Below are positions 43,452-55,300 of a stretch of DNA of 64,000 nt, piece after piece. The notes beneath the pieces are model-generated. The model worked only from the letters and a program-made list of their open reading frames with translations. It did no database searches and was not told the DNA's origin. The translations under genes were made by a program, and so were the position numbers. The DNA lies in the NCBI GenBank assembly GCA_964016885.1, contig OZ024743.1, positions 25,296,001 to 25,360,000 of the forward strand, written 5' to 3'. This DNA is from Eledone cirrhosa (Eukaryota). The first letter of the stretch is position 1; every line of letters starts with the position of its first letter.

Positions 43452-43620
43452 TTATTTTATTGTAAAGTCCTTATCTAATATAATATTGTTGATGGCTAAT
43501 AATTTCCCTTTCACAAATGTAGCCTCGGCACATTTATTGTGCCCGAATTCCATTTTGATGTCAACATTAAATTGTTTGACAGTCTGAAAAACTCCTTGCT
43601 TATGTTGGTCTTTTTTTTGT
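43452..43620 (-). pseudogene. Reverse transcriptase fragment, R4/Dong-like
   Basis: QTVKQFNVDIKMEFGHNKCAEATFVKGKL resembles the post-YxDD motif TVxxFSxDIxMEFGLDKCA. Confidence 0.75.
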
Positions 43621-43739
43621 GGTTTCAAATCTTTAACAGAAAACATTATTGTTACTTCTTCTTTCTCAGGTTGTTCTTTTGCCGCATTTCTAAGCCAAGG
43701 CGAAAACTACCTTTGCCTGGATCCCAAGTTTTTCTCTTC

Positions 43740-43990
43740 ACTTTTCTAAGTTCTTGGTCACACAACCAGGAGCACCTATCATTATTAATATAACCTCATA
43801 TAAAGTACCAGTAATGCACTGGGTAATTGCTGGCCTTGTGCCTAAAGTAGAAACAATTATTAATATAACCTCAACCTTTCTCATGTTCTATATTCTTTGG
43901 ACTTCAATTCTAAGGTCCTGGTACTTATCAACTTTCTCCATTTCTTTTGGGTGGATTCTCTCATCTTCGAGAATGGTGACATCAATAATT
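43740..43990 (-). pseudogene. RLE endonuclease fragment, R4/Dong-like, interrupted by a SINE tail
   Basis: IIDVTILEDERIHPKEMEKVDKYQDLRIEVQRI*NMRKVE|VILIMIGAPGCV after removing the SINE and one TSD. Confidence 0.8.
43781..43873 (+). mobile_element. 5'-truncated SINE tail with a perfect 18-bp TSD, inserted in a LINE endonuclease relic
   Basis: ATTATTAATATAACCTCA at 43781-43798 and 43856-43873. The insert matches the SINE tail at ~1641-1700. Confidence 0.85.
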
Positions 43991-45429
43991 CAATAAGCCA
44001 GAATAGAAAAGGGCACAATCAACAACGCCAGCACTGGTAGAAGCAAGAGTGCAACGAACAGCAGCAACAGCTAAATCACCACCAACAACTGCAACAAAAA
44101 TAAAATCAACCCAAGCGGAAGATGAGGGAAGATTCACCCTTCCCCTCCTCCTCCCCAAACAAATACACACATAAACACTCAGACAAACACAAACACACAA
44201 ACATTTGAAAGTAACACAGAGACCTCGTCTTCTGGTAGCGAAGACGAGGGACAACCAAAAAAGAGAAAAGTACAAAAAAGCCTCAAACATCACACACAAA
44301 CAACCGAAATCGGACTGAACACACACAACAAACACAGACACATCCACAACAAAACCAACACTACCTTCGCTACCAAAATCGCCCAAAGGTAAACAAGCAT
44401 TTAAAAAATCGTGCTAGTAAGAAGGGCCAACAAGAAATTGATATCCCTCATAGCACGAAGCAAAGTATCGAGAAGGAGGGGCAGATATTTGGCACCAGCA
44501 CATTTCGAGTGCCGGAGGGATGATGATGGAAAGTTGCTGGATGCCTACAAAGCATTAGGGAGAGTATTCCATGTGACATGGGAGCCCCTAGTGTTAAAGC
44601 AATAAGCAGGCTTTTAAAGTGGTTCGCAAAAGAAAACCCGCAAAACATGGAGGTGGAACCTCCCGAACTCCATAAGAGCCCAGAATGTAAGTAAACCTTT
44701 TCTCTCTTGATCAACCAGCCAACATGGCTAACTGAATAGAAGGATGCATAAATGTTCGTGGCCTGGGGTCGTCCTGGAAGGAGAGTCGCTTACTGAACTA
44801 TCTCAGGTCATTAGATACGAATGTAACTGCCGTCAGCGAGATCAATACGGGTATAATGACCAAGAAATTATACATCCAGTCTCTTTGTGGAGACCACATG
44901 GTGAACGAGAACACAAGTTGCGCAGTTGAACTATTAAATTATCAAAATACTTCTCTACGTATTAGGACTATGCGACAGGCTTATAATGCCGCTAGAAATA
45001 GCAGCCAAAAGACCGTCTAATAAAACTCGACAAATTAAGGAGTAGTTTAATATTAATTAATGGTGAATTAGTCTCTAATACTTAAAAATCTCAATGAGTG
45101 GAATCACTCAGAGAAGAAATATTATATACTAAATTTAATTAAGAAAAAAATTGAGAAATGTTTTGAAGAGAAGTGTTTTGAAGAGAAATGTTTTGAAGAA
45201 TCAAAACTCCCTTGAAGAGTATTGTAGATTCTTCAATAATTGGTTCATCCAATAATAGGTTCTTTCGCAAACGAAACCATAGTAGAGAGATTTTTATACA
45301 AGTGAGTATAGATAGAATATTTATTTTGTCTCTCTGGCTTGTATTCCTATAATTAGAGGTTTTTCTAAATTGAATTTAATATATTTACATATATATATAT
45401 ATATATATATAGGGAGAGAGACAGAGAGA

Positions 45430-45509
<80 letters not shown>

Positions 45510-46178
45510 AGGGCATTATATACTTCAGGTGACTGTTTCTACACATTGCCCGTCTAACAAATTCTATCATTAGGGCTCGAACAAATGTAGAACATCGTTG
45601 TGTTAGATACCGTGTCGTGAGGTTGTATCCGGACACACTTCTTAAAAACACGGCCACCATTGCGTCCACGAGAAGAAGAAGAAAAAGAAAAAGTAGAAGA
45701 AGAAGAAGGAGAAGGAGAAGGAGAAGAAGTGGATGATATTTAAGTCAGTTTACGATCGAAACAAAGAAGGTTAATTGTCAATTTGCAAATTTACTTCATG
45801 AACAGGAAGTGTGGAGTGTGGGAAAAATCACTAAACCATTTTGAAAAGTCCGACTTCCGTTGTTCACTGGTGAGTGAGTTTTATTAAAAGACACACTGTC
45901 TCCCAGTTAATGACAGGCCGTTTTGTTGTGAAAAAAATGCATGCATATATATATATGTGGATCTGTATGTTTGTGTGCGTGTGTGTGTGTGTGTTCATTC
46001 GAATGTATGTGGGTTTGTGTTTCCGTGAGTGTATGTGTGTATGTATGTGTGTGTTTGTGTGGCTCTCTCCAGTACTCTACCAACAAATAAATAAATACAT
46101 AAAAGAAATATTGAATACAATAAACAACTATAGGTGACACGCGACCAAAAACCTGCGTATACGTGGATATTAATGTGC

Positions 46179-46222
<44 letters not shown>

Positions 46223-46348
46223 GTGTGTTGTGTGTGAGAGTGTGCGACGACGATCTATTTTGTATCTCTCTTCATATATGTGTATGTGTGTTTATATATT
46301 TGTGTATGTATATAGAGATACCTTCATAAATACGTATATATGCTCATA

Positions 46349-49300
46349 GTAGTGAGGGATGGGGAGGATGAGAGAGATGGAGGCTTGACAGTGGGAGTTC
46401 GGCTCTTCTGTGTTTGGACCTGGTGTAGTTAAGAGATGGGGAGGGTGAGAGAGATGGAGGCTTGACAGTGGGAGTTCGGCTCCTCTGTGTTCGGACCTGG
46501 TGTTGATATGAGATGGGGAGGGTGAGAGAGATGGAGGCTTGACAGTGATAGTTCGGCTCCTCTGTGTTCGGACCTGGTGTAGTTAAGAGATGGGGAGGTT
46601 GAGTGAGATGGAGGCTTGACAGTGGGAGTTCGGCTCCTCTGTGTTCGGACCTGGTGTTGATATGAGATGGAGGAGGGTGAGAGAGATGGAGGCTTGACAG
46701 TGGGAGTTCGGCTCCTCTGTGTTCGGACCTTGTGTAGTTAAGAGATGAGGAGAGTGAGAGAGATGGAGGCTTGACAGTGGGAGTTCGGCTCCTCTGTGTT
46801 CGGACCTGGTGTAGTTAAGAGATGGAGAGGGTGAGAGAGATGGAGGCTTGACAGTGGGAGTTCGGCTCCTCTGTGTTCGGACCTGGTGTAGTTAAGAGAT
46901 GGGGAGGGTTAGAGAGACGGAGGCTTGACAGTGGGGGTTCGGCTCCTCTGTGTTCGGACCTGGTGTAGTTAAGAGATGAGGAGAGTGAGAGAGACGGAGG
47001 CTTGACAGTGGGGGTTCGGCTCCTCTGTGTTCGGACCTGGTGTAGTTAAGAGATGAGGAGAGTGAGAGAGACGGAGGCTTGACAGTGGGGGTTCGGCTCC
47101 TCTGTGTTCGGACCTGGTGTAGTTAAGAGATGGGGAGGGTGAGAGAGATTGGGGATTGACAGTGGGAGTTCGGCTCTTCTGTGTTCGAACCTGGTGTAGT
47201 TAAGAGATGGAGAGGGTGAGAGAGATGGAGGCTTGACAGTGGGAGTTCGGCTCCTCTGTGTTCGGACCTGATGTAGTTAAGAGATGCGAAGAGTGAGAGA
47301 GATGGAGGCTTGACAGTGGGAGTTCGGCTCCTCTGTGTTCGCACCTGGTGTAGTTAAGAGATGGGGAGGGTGAGACAGATGGAGCCTTGACAGTGGGAGT
47401 TCGGCTCCTCTGTGTTCGGACCTGATGTAGTTAAGAGATGCGGAGAGTGAGAGAGATGGAGGCTTGACAGCGGGAGTCCGGCTCCTCTGTGTTCGGACCT
47501 TGTGTAGTTAAGAGATGGGGAGGGTGAGAGAGATGGAGCCTTGACAGTGGGGGTTCGGCTCCTCTGCGTTAGGAGCTTGTGTAGATAAGAGATGGGGAGG
47601 TTGAGAGAGATGGAGGCTTGATAGTGGGAGTTCGGCTCCTCTGTGTTGGACCTGGTGTAGTTAAGAGATGGGGAGGTTGAGTGAGATGGAGACTTGACAG
47701 TGGGAGTTCGGCTCCTCTGTGTTCGGACCTGGTGTAGTTAAGAGATGGGGAGGGTGAGAGAGATGGAGGCTTGACAGTCGGGTCCTATGTGTTCGGACAT
47801 GGTGTACTTGAGAAAAGGGGAGAGTGAGAGAGATTGGGGATTGACAGTGGGAGTTCGGCTCCTCTGTGTTAGGAGTTTGTGTAGTTAAGAGATGGGGAGG
47901 GTGAGAGAGATGGAGGCTTAACAGTGGGAGTTCGGGTCCTCTGTGTTCGGACCTGGTGTAGTTAAGAGATGGGGAGGTTGAGTGAGATGGAGACTTGACA
48001 GTGGGAGTTCGGCTCCTCTGTGTTCGGACCTGGTGTAGTTAAGAGATGGGGAGGGTGAGAGAGATGGAGGCTTGACAGTCGGGTCCTATGTGTTCGGACA
48101 TGGTGTACTTGAGAAAAGGGGAGAGTGAGAGAGATTGGTGTTGACAGTGGGAGTTCGGCTCCTCTGCGTTAGGAGTTTGTGTAGTTAAGAGATGGGGAGG
48201 TTGAGAGAGATGGAGGGGTGACAGCGGGAGTTCGGCTCCTCTGTGTTCGGACCTGGTGTAGTTAAGTGATGGGGAGGGTGAGAGAGATGGAGGCTTGACA
48301 GTGGGAGTGCGGCTCCTCTGTGTTCGGACCTGGTGTAGTTAAGAGATGGGGAGAGTGAGAGAGATGGAGGCTTGACAGTGGGAGTTCGGCTCTTCTGTGT
48401 TCGGACCTGGTGTAGTTAAGAGATGCGGAGAGTGAGAGAGATGGAGGCTTGACAGTGGGAGTTCGGCTCTTCTGTGTTCGGACCTGGTGTAGTTAAGAGA
48501 TGCGGAGAGTGAGAGAGATGGAGGCTTGACAGTGGGAGTTCGGCTCTTCTGTGTTCGGACCTGGTGTAGTTAAGAGATGCGGAGAGTGAGAGAGATGGAG
48601 GCTTGACAGTGGGAGTTCGGCTCTTCTGTGTTCGGACCTGGTGTAGTTAAGAGATGCGGAGAGTGAGAGAGATGGAGGCTTGACAGTGGGAGTTCGGCTC
48701 TTCTGTGTTCGGACCTGGTGTAGTTAAGAGATGCGGAGAGTGAGAGAGATGGAGGCTTGACAGTGGGAGTTCGGCTCTTCTGTGTTCGGACCTGGTGTAG
48801 TTAAGAGATGCGGAGAGTGAGAGAGATGGAGGCTTGACAGTGGGAGTTCGGCTCTTCTGTGTTCGGACCTGGTGTAGTTAAGAGATGGGAAGGGTGAGAG
48901 AGATGGAGGCTTGATAGTGGGAGTTCGGCTCCTCTGTGTTCAAACCTGGTGTAGTGAAGAGATTGGGAGGGTGAGAGATATGGAGGCTTCACAGTGGGAG
49001 TTCGGGTCCTATGTTTTCGGACCTGGTGTACTTGAGAGATCGGGAGGTTGAGAGAGATGGAGGCTTGACAGTGGGAGTTCGGCTCCTCTGTGTTCGGACC
49101 TGGTGTACTTGAGAGATGGGGAGGTTGAGAGAGATGGAGGCTTGACAGTGGGAGTTTGGCTCCTCTGTGTTCTGACCTGGTGTACTTGAGAGATAGGGAG
49201 GGTGAGAGAGATGGAGGCTGACAGTGGGAGTTCGGCACCTCTGTGTTCGGAACTGGTGTAGTTAAGAGATGGGGAGGGTGAGAGAGATTGGGGCTTGACA

Positions 49301-52300
49301 GTGGGAGTTCGGCACCTCCGTGTTCGGACCTGGTGTAGTTAAGAGATGGGGAGGCTGAGAGAGATGGAGACTGATAGTGGGAGTTCGGCTCCTCTGTATT
49401 CGGACCTGGTGTAGTTAAGAGATGGGGAGGCTGAGAGAGATGGAGAATTGACAGTGGGAGTTCGGCTCCTCCGTGTTCGGACCTGGTGTACTTGAGAGAT
49501 GGGGAGGGTGAGAGAGATGGAGGCTTGACAGTGGGAGTTCGGCTCTTCTGTGTTTGGACCTGGTGTAGTTAAGAGATGGGGAGGGTGAGAGAGATGGATG
49601 CTTGACAGTGGGAGTTCGGCTCTTCTGTATTCGGACCTGGTGTTGATATGAGATGGGGAGGGTGAGAGAGATGGAGGCTTGACAGTGGGAGTTCGGCTCC
49701 TCTGTGTTCGGACCTGGTGTTGATATGATATGGGGAGGGTGAGAGAGATGGAGGCTTGACAGTGGGAGTTCAGCTCCTCTGTGTTCGGACCTGGTGTAGT
49801 TAAGAGATGGGGAGGTTGAGTGAGATGGAGACTTGACAGTGGGAGTTCGGCTCCTCTGTGTTCGGACCTGGTGTTGATATGAGATGGAGGAGGGTGAGAG
49901 AGATGGAGGCTTGACAGTGGGAGTTCGGCTCCTCTGTGTTCGGACCTGGTGTAGTTAAGAGATGAGGAGAGTGAGAGAGATGGAGGCTTGACAGTGGGAG
50001 TTCGGCTCCTCTGTGTTCGGACCTGGTGTAGTTAAGAGATGGAGAGGGTGAGAGAGATGGAGGCTTGACAGTGGGAGTTCGGCTCCTCTGTGTTCGGACC
50101 TGGTGTAGTTAAGAGATGAGGAGAGTGAGAGAGACGGAGGCTTGACAGTGGGGGTTCGGCTCCTCTGTCTTCGGACCTGGTGTAGTTAAGAGATGGGGAG
50201 GGTGAGAGAGATTGGGGTTTGACAGTGGGAGTTCGGCTCTTCTGTGTTCGAACCTGGTGTAGTTAAGAGATGGAGAGAGTGAGAGAGATGGAGGCTTGAC
50301 AGTGGGAGTTCGGCTCCTCTGTGTTCGGACCTGATGTAGTTAAGAGATGCGAAGAGTGAGAGAGATGGAGGCTTGACAGTGGGAGTTCGGCTCCTCTGTG
50401 TTCGCACCTGGTGTAGTTAAGAGATGGGGAGGGTGAGACAGATGGAGCCTTGACAGTGGGAGTTCGGCTCCTCTGTGTTCGGACCTGATGTAGTTAAGAG
50501 ATGCGGAGAGTGAGAGAGATGGAGGCTTGACAGCGGGAGTCCGGCTTCTCTGTGTTCGGACCTGGTGTAGTTAAGAGATGAGGAGAGTGAGAGAGATGGA
50601 GACTTGACAGCGGGAGTCCGGCTCCTCTGTGTTCGGACCTTGTGTAGTTAAGAGATGGGGAGGGTGAGAGAGATGGAGCCTTGACAGTGGGGGTTCGGCT
50701 CCTCTGCGTTAGGAGCTTGTGTAGATAAGAGATGGGGAGGTTGAGAGAGATGGAGGCTTGATAGTGGGAGTTCGGCTCCTCTGTGTTGGACCTGGTGTAG
50801 TTAAGAGATGGGGAGGTTGAGTGAGATGGAGACTTGACAGTGGGAGTTCGGCTCCTCTGTGTTCGGACCTGGTTTAGTTAAGAGATGGGGAGGGTGAGAG
50901 AGATGGAGGCTTGACAGTCGGGTCCTATGTGTTCGGACATGGTGTACTTGAGAAAAGGGGAGAGTGAGAGAGATTGGGGATTGACAGTGGGAGTTCGGCT
51001 CCTCTGTGTTCGGACCTGGTGTAGTTAAGAGATGGGGAGGGTGAGAGAGATGGAGGCTTAACAGTGGGAGTTCGGGTCCTCTGTGTTCGGACCTGGTGTA
51101 GTTAAGAGATGGGGAGGTTGAGTGAGATGGAGACTTGACAGTGGGAGTTCGGCTCCTCTGTGTTCGGACCTGGTGTAGTTAAGAGATGGGGAGGGTGAGA
51201 GAGATGGAGGCTTGACAGTCGGGTCCTATGTGTTCGGACATGGTGTACTTGAGAAAAGGGGAGAGTGAGAGAGATTGGGGTTGACAGTGGGAGTTCGGCT
51301 CCTCTGCGTTAGGAGTTTGTGTAGTTAAGAGATGGGGAGGTTGAGAGAGATGGAGGAGTGACAGCGGGAGTTCGGCTCCTCTGTGTTCGGACCTGGTGTA
51401 GTTAAGAGATGGGGAGGGTGAGAGAGATGGAGGCTTGACAGTGGGAGTTCGGCTCCTCTGTGTTCGGACCTGGTGTAGTTAAGAGATGGGGAGAGTGAGA
51501 GAGATGGAGGCTTGACAGTGGGAGTTCGGCTCTTCTGTGTTCGGACCTGGTGTAGTTAAGAGATGCGGAGAGTGAGAGAGATGGAGGCTTGACAGTGGGA
51601 GTTCGGCTCTTCTGTGTTCGGACCTGGTGTAGTTAAGAGATGCGGAGAGTGAGAGCGATGGAGGCTTGACAGTGGGAGTTCGGCTCTTCTGTGTTCGGAC
51701 CTGGTGTAGTTAAGAGATGCGGAGAGTGAGAGAGATGGAGGCTTGACAGTGGGAGTTCGGCTCTTCTGTGTTCGGACCTGGTGTAGTTAAGAGATGCGGA
51801 GAGTGAGAGAGATGGAGGCTTGACAGTGGGAGTTCGGCTCTTCTGTGTTCGGACCTGGTGTAGTTGAGAGATGCGGAGAGTGAGAGAGATGGAGGCTTGA
51901 CAGTGGGAGTTCGGCTCTTCTGTGTTCGGACCTGGTGTAGTTAAGAGATGGGGAGGGTGAGAGAGATGGAGGCTTGATAGTGGGAGTTTGGCTCCTCTGC
52001 GTTCAAACCTGGTGTAGTGAAGAGATGGGGAGGGTGAGAGATATGGAGGCTTCACAGTGGGAGTTCGGGTCCTATGTTTTCGGACCTGGTGTACTTGAGA
52101 GATCGGGAGGTTGAGAGAGATGGAGGCTTGACAGTGGGAGTTCGGCTCCTCTGTGTTCGGACCTGGTGTACTTGAGAGATGGGGAGGTTGAGAGAGATGG
52201 AGGCTTGACAGTGGGAGTTCGGCTCCTCTGTGTTCTGACCTGGTGTACTTGAGAGATAGGGAGGTTGAGAGAGATGGAGGCTGACAGTGGGAGTTCGGCA

Positions 52301-55300
52301 CCTCTGTGTTCGGAACTGGTGTAGTTAAGAGATGGGGAGGGTGAGAGAGATTGGGGCTTGACAGTGGGAGTTCGGCACCTCCGTGTTCGGACCTGGTGTA
52401 GTTAAGAGATGGGGAGGCTGAGAGAGATGGAGACTGATAGTGGGAGTTCGGCTCCTCTGTGTTCGGACCTGGTGTAGTTAAGAGATGGGGAGGTTGAGAG
52501 AGATGGAGGCTTGATAGTGGGAGTTCGGCTCCTCTGTATTCGGACCTGGTGTAGTTAAGAGATGGGGAGGGTGAGAGAGATGGAGGCTTGACAGTGGGAG
52601 TTCGGCATCCCTGTGTTCGGACCTGGTGTAGTTAAGAGATGGGGAGGGTGAGAGAGATTGGGGCTTGACAGTGGGAATTCGGCTCCTCTGTGTTCGGACC
52701 TGATGTAGTTAAGAGATGCGGAGAGTGAGAGAGATGGAGGCTTGACAGCGGGAGTCCGGCTTCTCTGTGTTCGGACCTGGTGTAGTTAAGAGATGAGGAG
52801 AGTGAGAGAGATGGAGACTTGACAGCGGGAGTCCGGCTCCTCTGTGTTCGGACCTTGTGTAGTTAAGAGATGGGGAGGGTGAGAGAGATGGAGCCTTGAC
52901 AGTGGGGGTTCGGCTCCTCTGCGTTAGGAGCTTGTGTAGATAAGAGATGGGGAGGTTGAGAGAGATGGAGGCTTGATAGTGGGAGTTCGGCTCCTCTGTG
53001 TTGGACCTGGTGTAGTTAAGAGATGGGGAGGTTGAGTGAGATGGAGACTTGACAGTGGGAGTTCGGCTCCTCTGTGTTCGGACCTGGTTTAGTTAAGAGA
53101 TGGGGAGGGTGAGAGAGATGGAGGCTTGACAGTCGGGTCCTATGTGTTCGGACATGGTGTACTTGAGAAAAGGGGAGAGTGAGAGAGATTGGGGATTGAC
53201 AGTGGGAGTTCGGCTCCTCTGTGTTCGGACCTGGTGTAGTTAAGAGATGGGGAGGGTGAGAGAGATGGAGGCTTAACAGTGGGAGTTCGGGTCCTCTGTG
53301 TTCGGACCTGGTGTAGTTAAGAGATGGGGAGGTTGAGTGAGATGGAGACTTGACAGTGGGAGTTCGGCTCCTCTGTGTTCGGACCTGGTGTAGTTAAGAG
53401 ATGGGGAGGGTGAGAGAGATGGAGGCTTGACAGTCGGGTCCTATGTGTTCGGACATGGTGTACTTGAGAAAAGGGGAGAGTGAGAGAGATTGGGGTTGAC
53501 AGTGGGAGTTCGGCTCCTCTGCGTTAGGAGTTTGTGTAGTTAAGAGATGGGGAGGTTGAGAGAGATGGAGGAGTGACAGCGGGAGTTCGGCTCCTCTGTG
53601 TTCGGACCTGGTGTAGTTAAGAGATGGGGAGGGTGAGAGAGATGGAGGCTTGACAGTGGGAGTTCGGCTCCTCTGTGTTCGGACCTGGTGTAGTTAAGAG
53701 ATGGGGAGAGTGAGAGAGATGGAGGCTTGACAGTGGGAGTTCGGCTCTTCTGTGTTCGGACCTGGTGTAGTTAAGAGATGCGGAGAGTGAGAGAGATGGA
53801 GGCTTGACAGTGGGAGTTCGGCTCTTCTGTGTTCGGACCTGGTGTAGTTAAGAGATGCGGAGAGTGAGAGCGATGGAGGCTTGACAGTGGGAGTTCGGCT
53901 CTTCTGTGTTCGGACCTGGTGTAGTTAAGAGATGCGGAGAGTGAGAGAGATGGAGGCTTGACAGTGGGAGTTCGGCTCTTCTGTGTTCGGACCTGGTGTA
54001 GTTAAGAGATGCGGAGAGTGAGAGAGATGGAGGCTTGACAGTGGGAGTTCGGCTCTTCTGTGTTCGGACCTGGTGTAGTTGAGAGATGCGGAGAGTGAGA
54101 GAGATGGAGGCTTGACAGTGGGAGTTCGGCTCTTCTGTGTTCGGACCTGGTGTAGTTAAGAGATGGGGAGGGTGAGAGAGATGGAGGCTTGATAGTGGGA
54201 GTTTGGCTCCTCTGCGTTCAAACCTGGTGTAGTGAAGAGATGGGGAGGGTGAGAGATATGGAGGCTTCACAGTGGGAGTTCGGGTCCTATGTTTTCGGAC
54301 CTGGTGTACTTGAGAGATCGGGAGGTTGAGAGAGATGGAGGCTTGACAGTGGGAGTTCGGCTCCTCTGTGTTCGGACCTGGTGTACTTGAGAGATGGGGA
54401 GGTTGAGAGAGATGGAGGCTTGACAGTGGGAGTTCGGCTCCTCTGTGTTCTGACCTGGTGTACTTGAGAGATAGGGAGGTTGAGAGAGATGGAGGCTTGA
54501 CAGTGGGAGTTCGGCATCCCTGTGTTCGGACCTGGTGTAGTTAAGAGATGGAGAGGGTGAGAGAGATGGAGTCTGACAGTGGGAGTTCGGCTCCTCTGTG
54601 TTCGGACCTGGTGTAGTTAAGAGATGGGGAGGGTGAGAGAGATGGAGGCTTGACAGTGGGAGTTCGGCATCCCTGTGTTCGGACCTGGTGTAGTTAAGAG
54701 ATGGGGAGGGTGAGAGAGATTGGGGCTTGACAGTGGGAGTTCGGCACCTCCGTGTTCGGACCTGGTGTAGTTAAGAGATGGGGAGGCTGAGAGAGATTGG
54801 TGATTGACACTGGGGGTTCGGCTCTTCTGTGTTAGGACCTGGTGTTGTTATGAGATGGGGAGGGTGAGAGAGATTGGGGCTTGACAGTGGGAGTTCGGCT
54901 CCTCCGTGTTCGGACCTGGTGTACTTGAGAGATGGGGAGGGTGAGAGAGATGGAGGCTTGACAGTGGGAGTTCGGCATCCCTGTGTTCGGACCTGGTGTA
55001 GTTAAGAGATGGAGAGGGTGAGAGAGATGGAGTCTGACAGTGGGAGTTCGGCTCCTCTGTGTTCGGACCTGGTGTAGTTAAGAGATGGGGAGGTTGAGAG
55101 AGATGGAGGCTTGATAGTGGGAGTTCGGCTCCTCTGTATTCGGACCTGGTGTATTTAAGAGATGGGGAGGGTGAGAGAGATGGAGGCTTGACAGTGGGAG
55201 TTCGGCATCCCTGTGTTCGGACCTGGTGTAGTTAAGAGATGGAGAGGGTGAGAGAGATGGAGTCTGACAGTGGGAGTTCGGCTCCTCTGTGTTCGGACCT

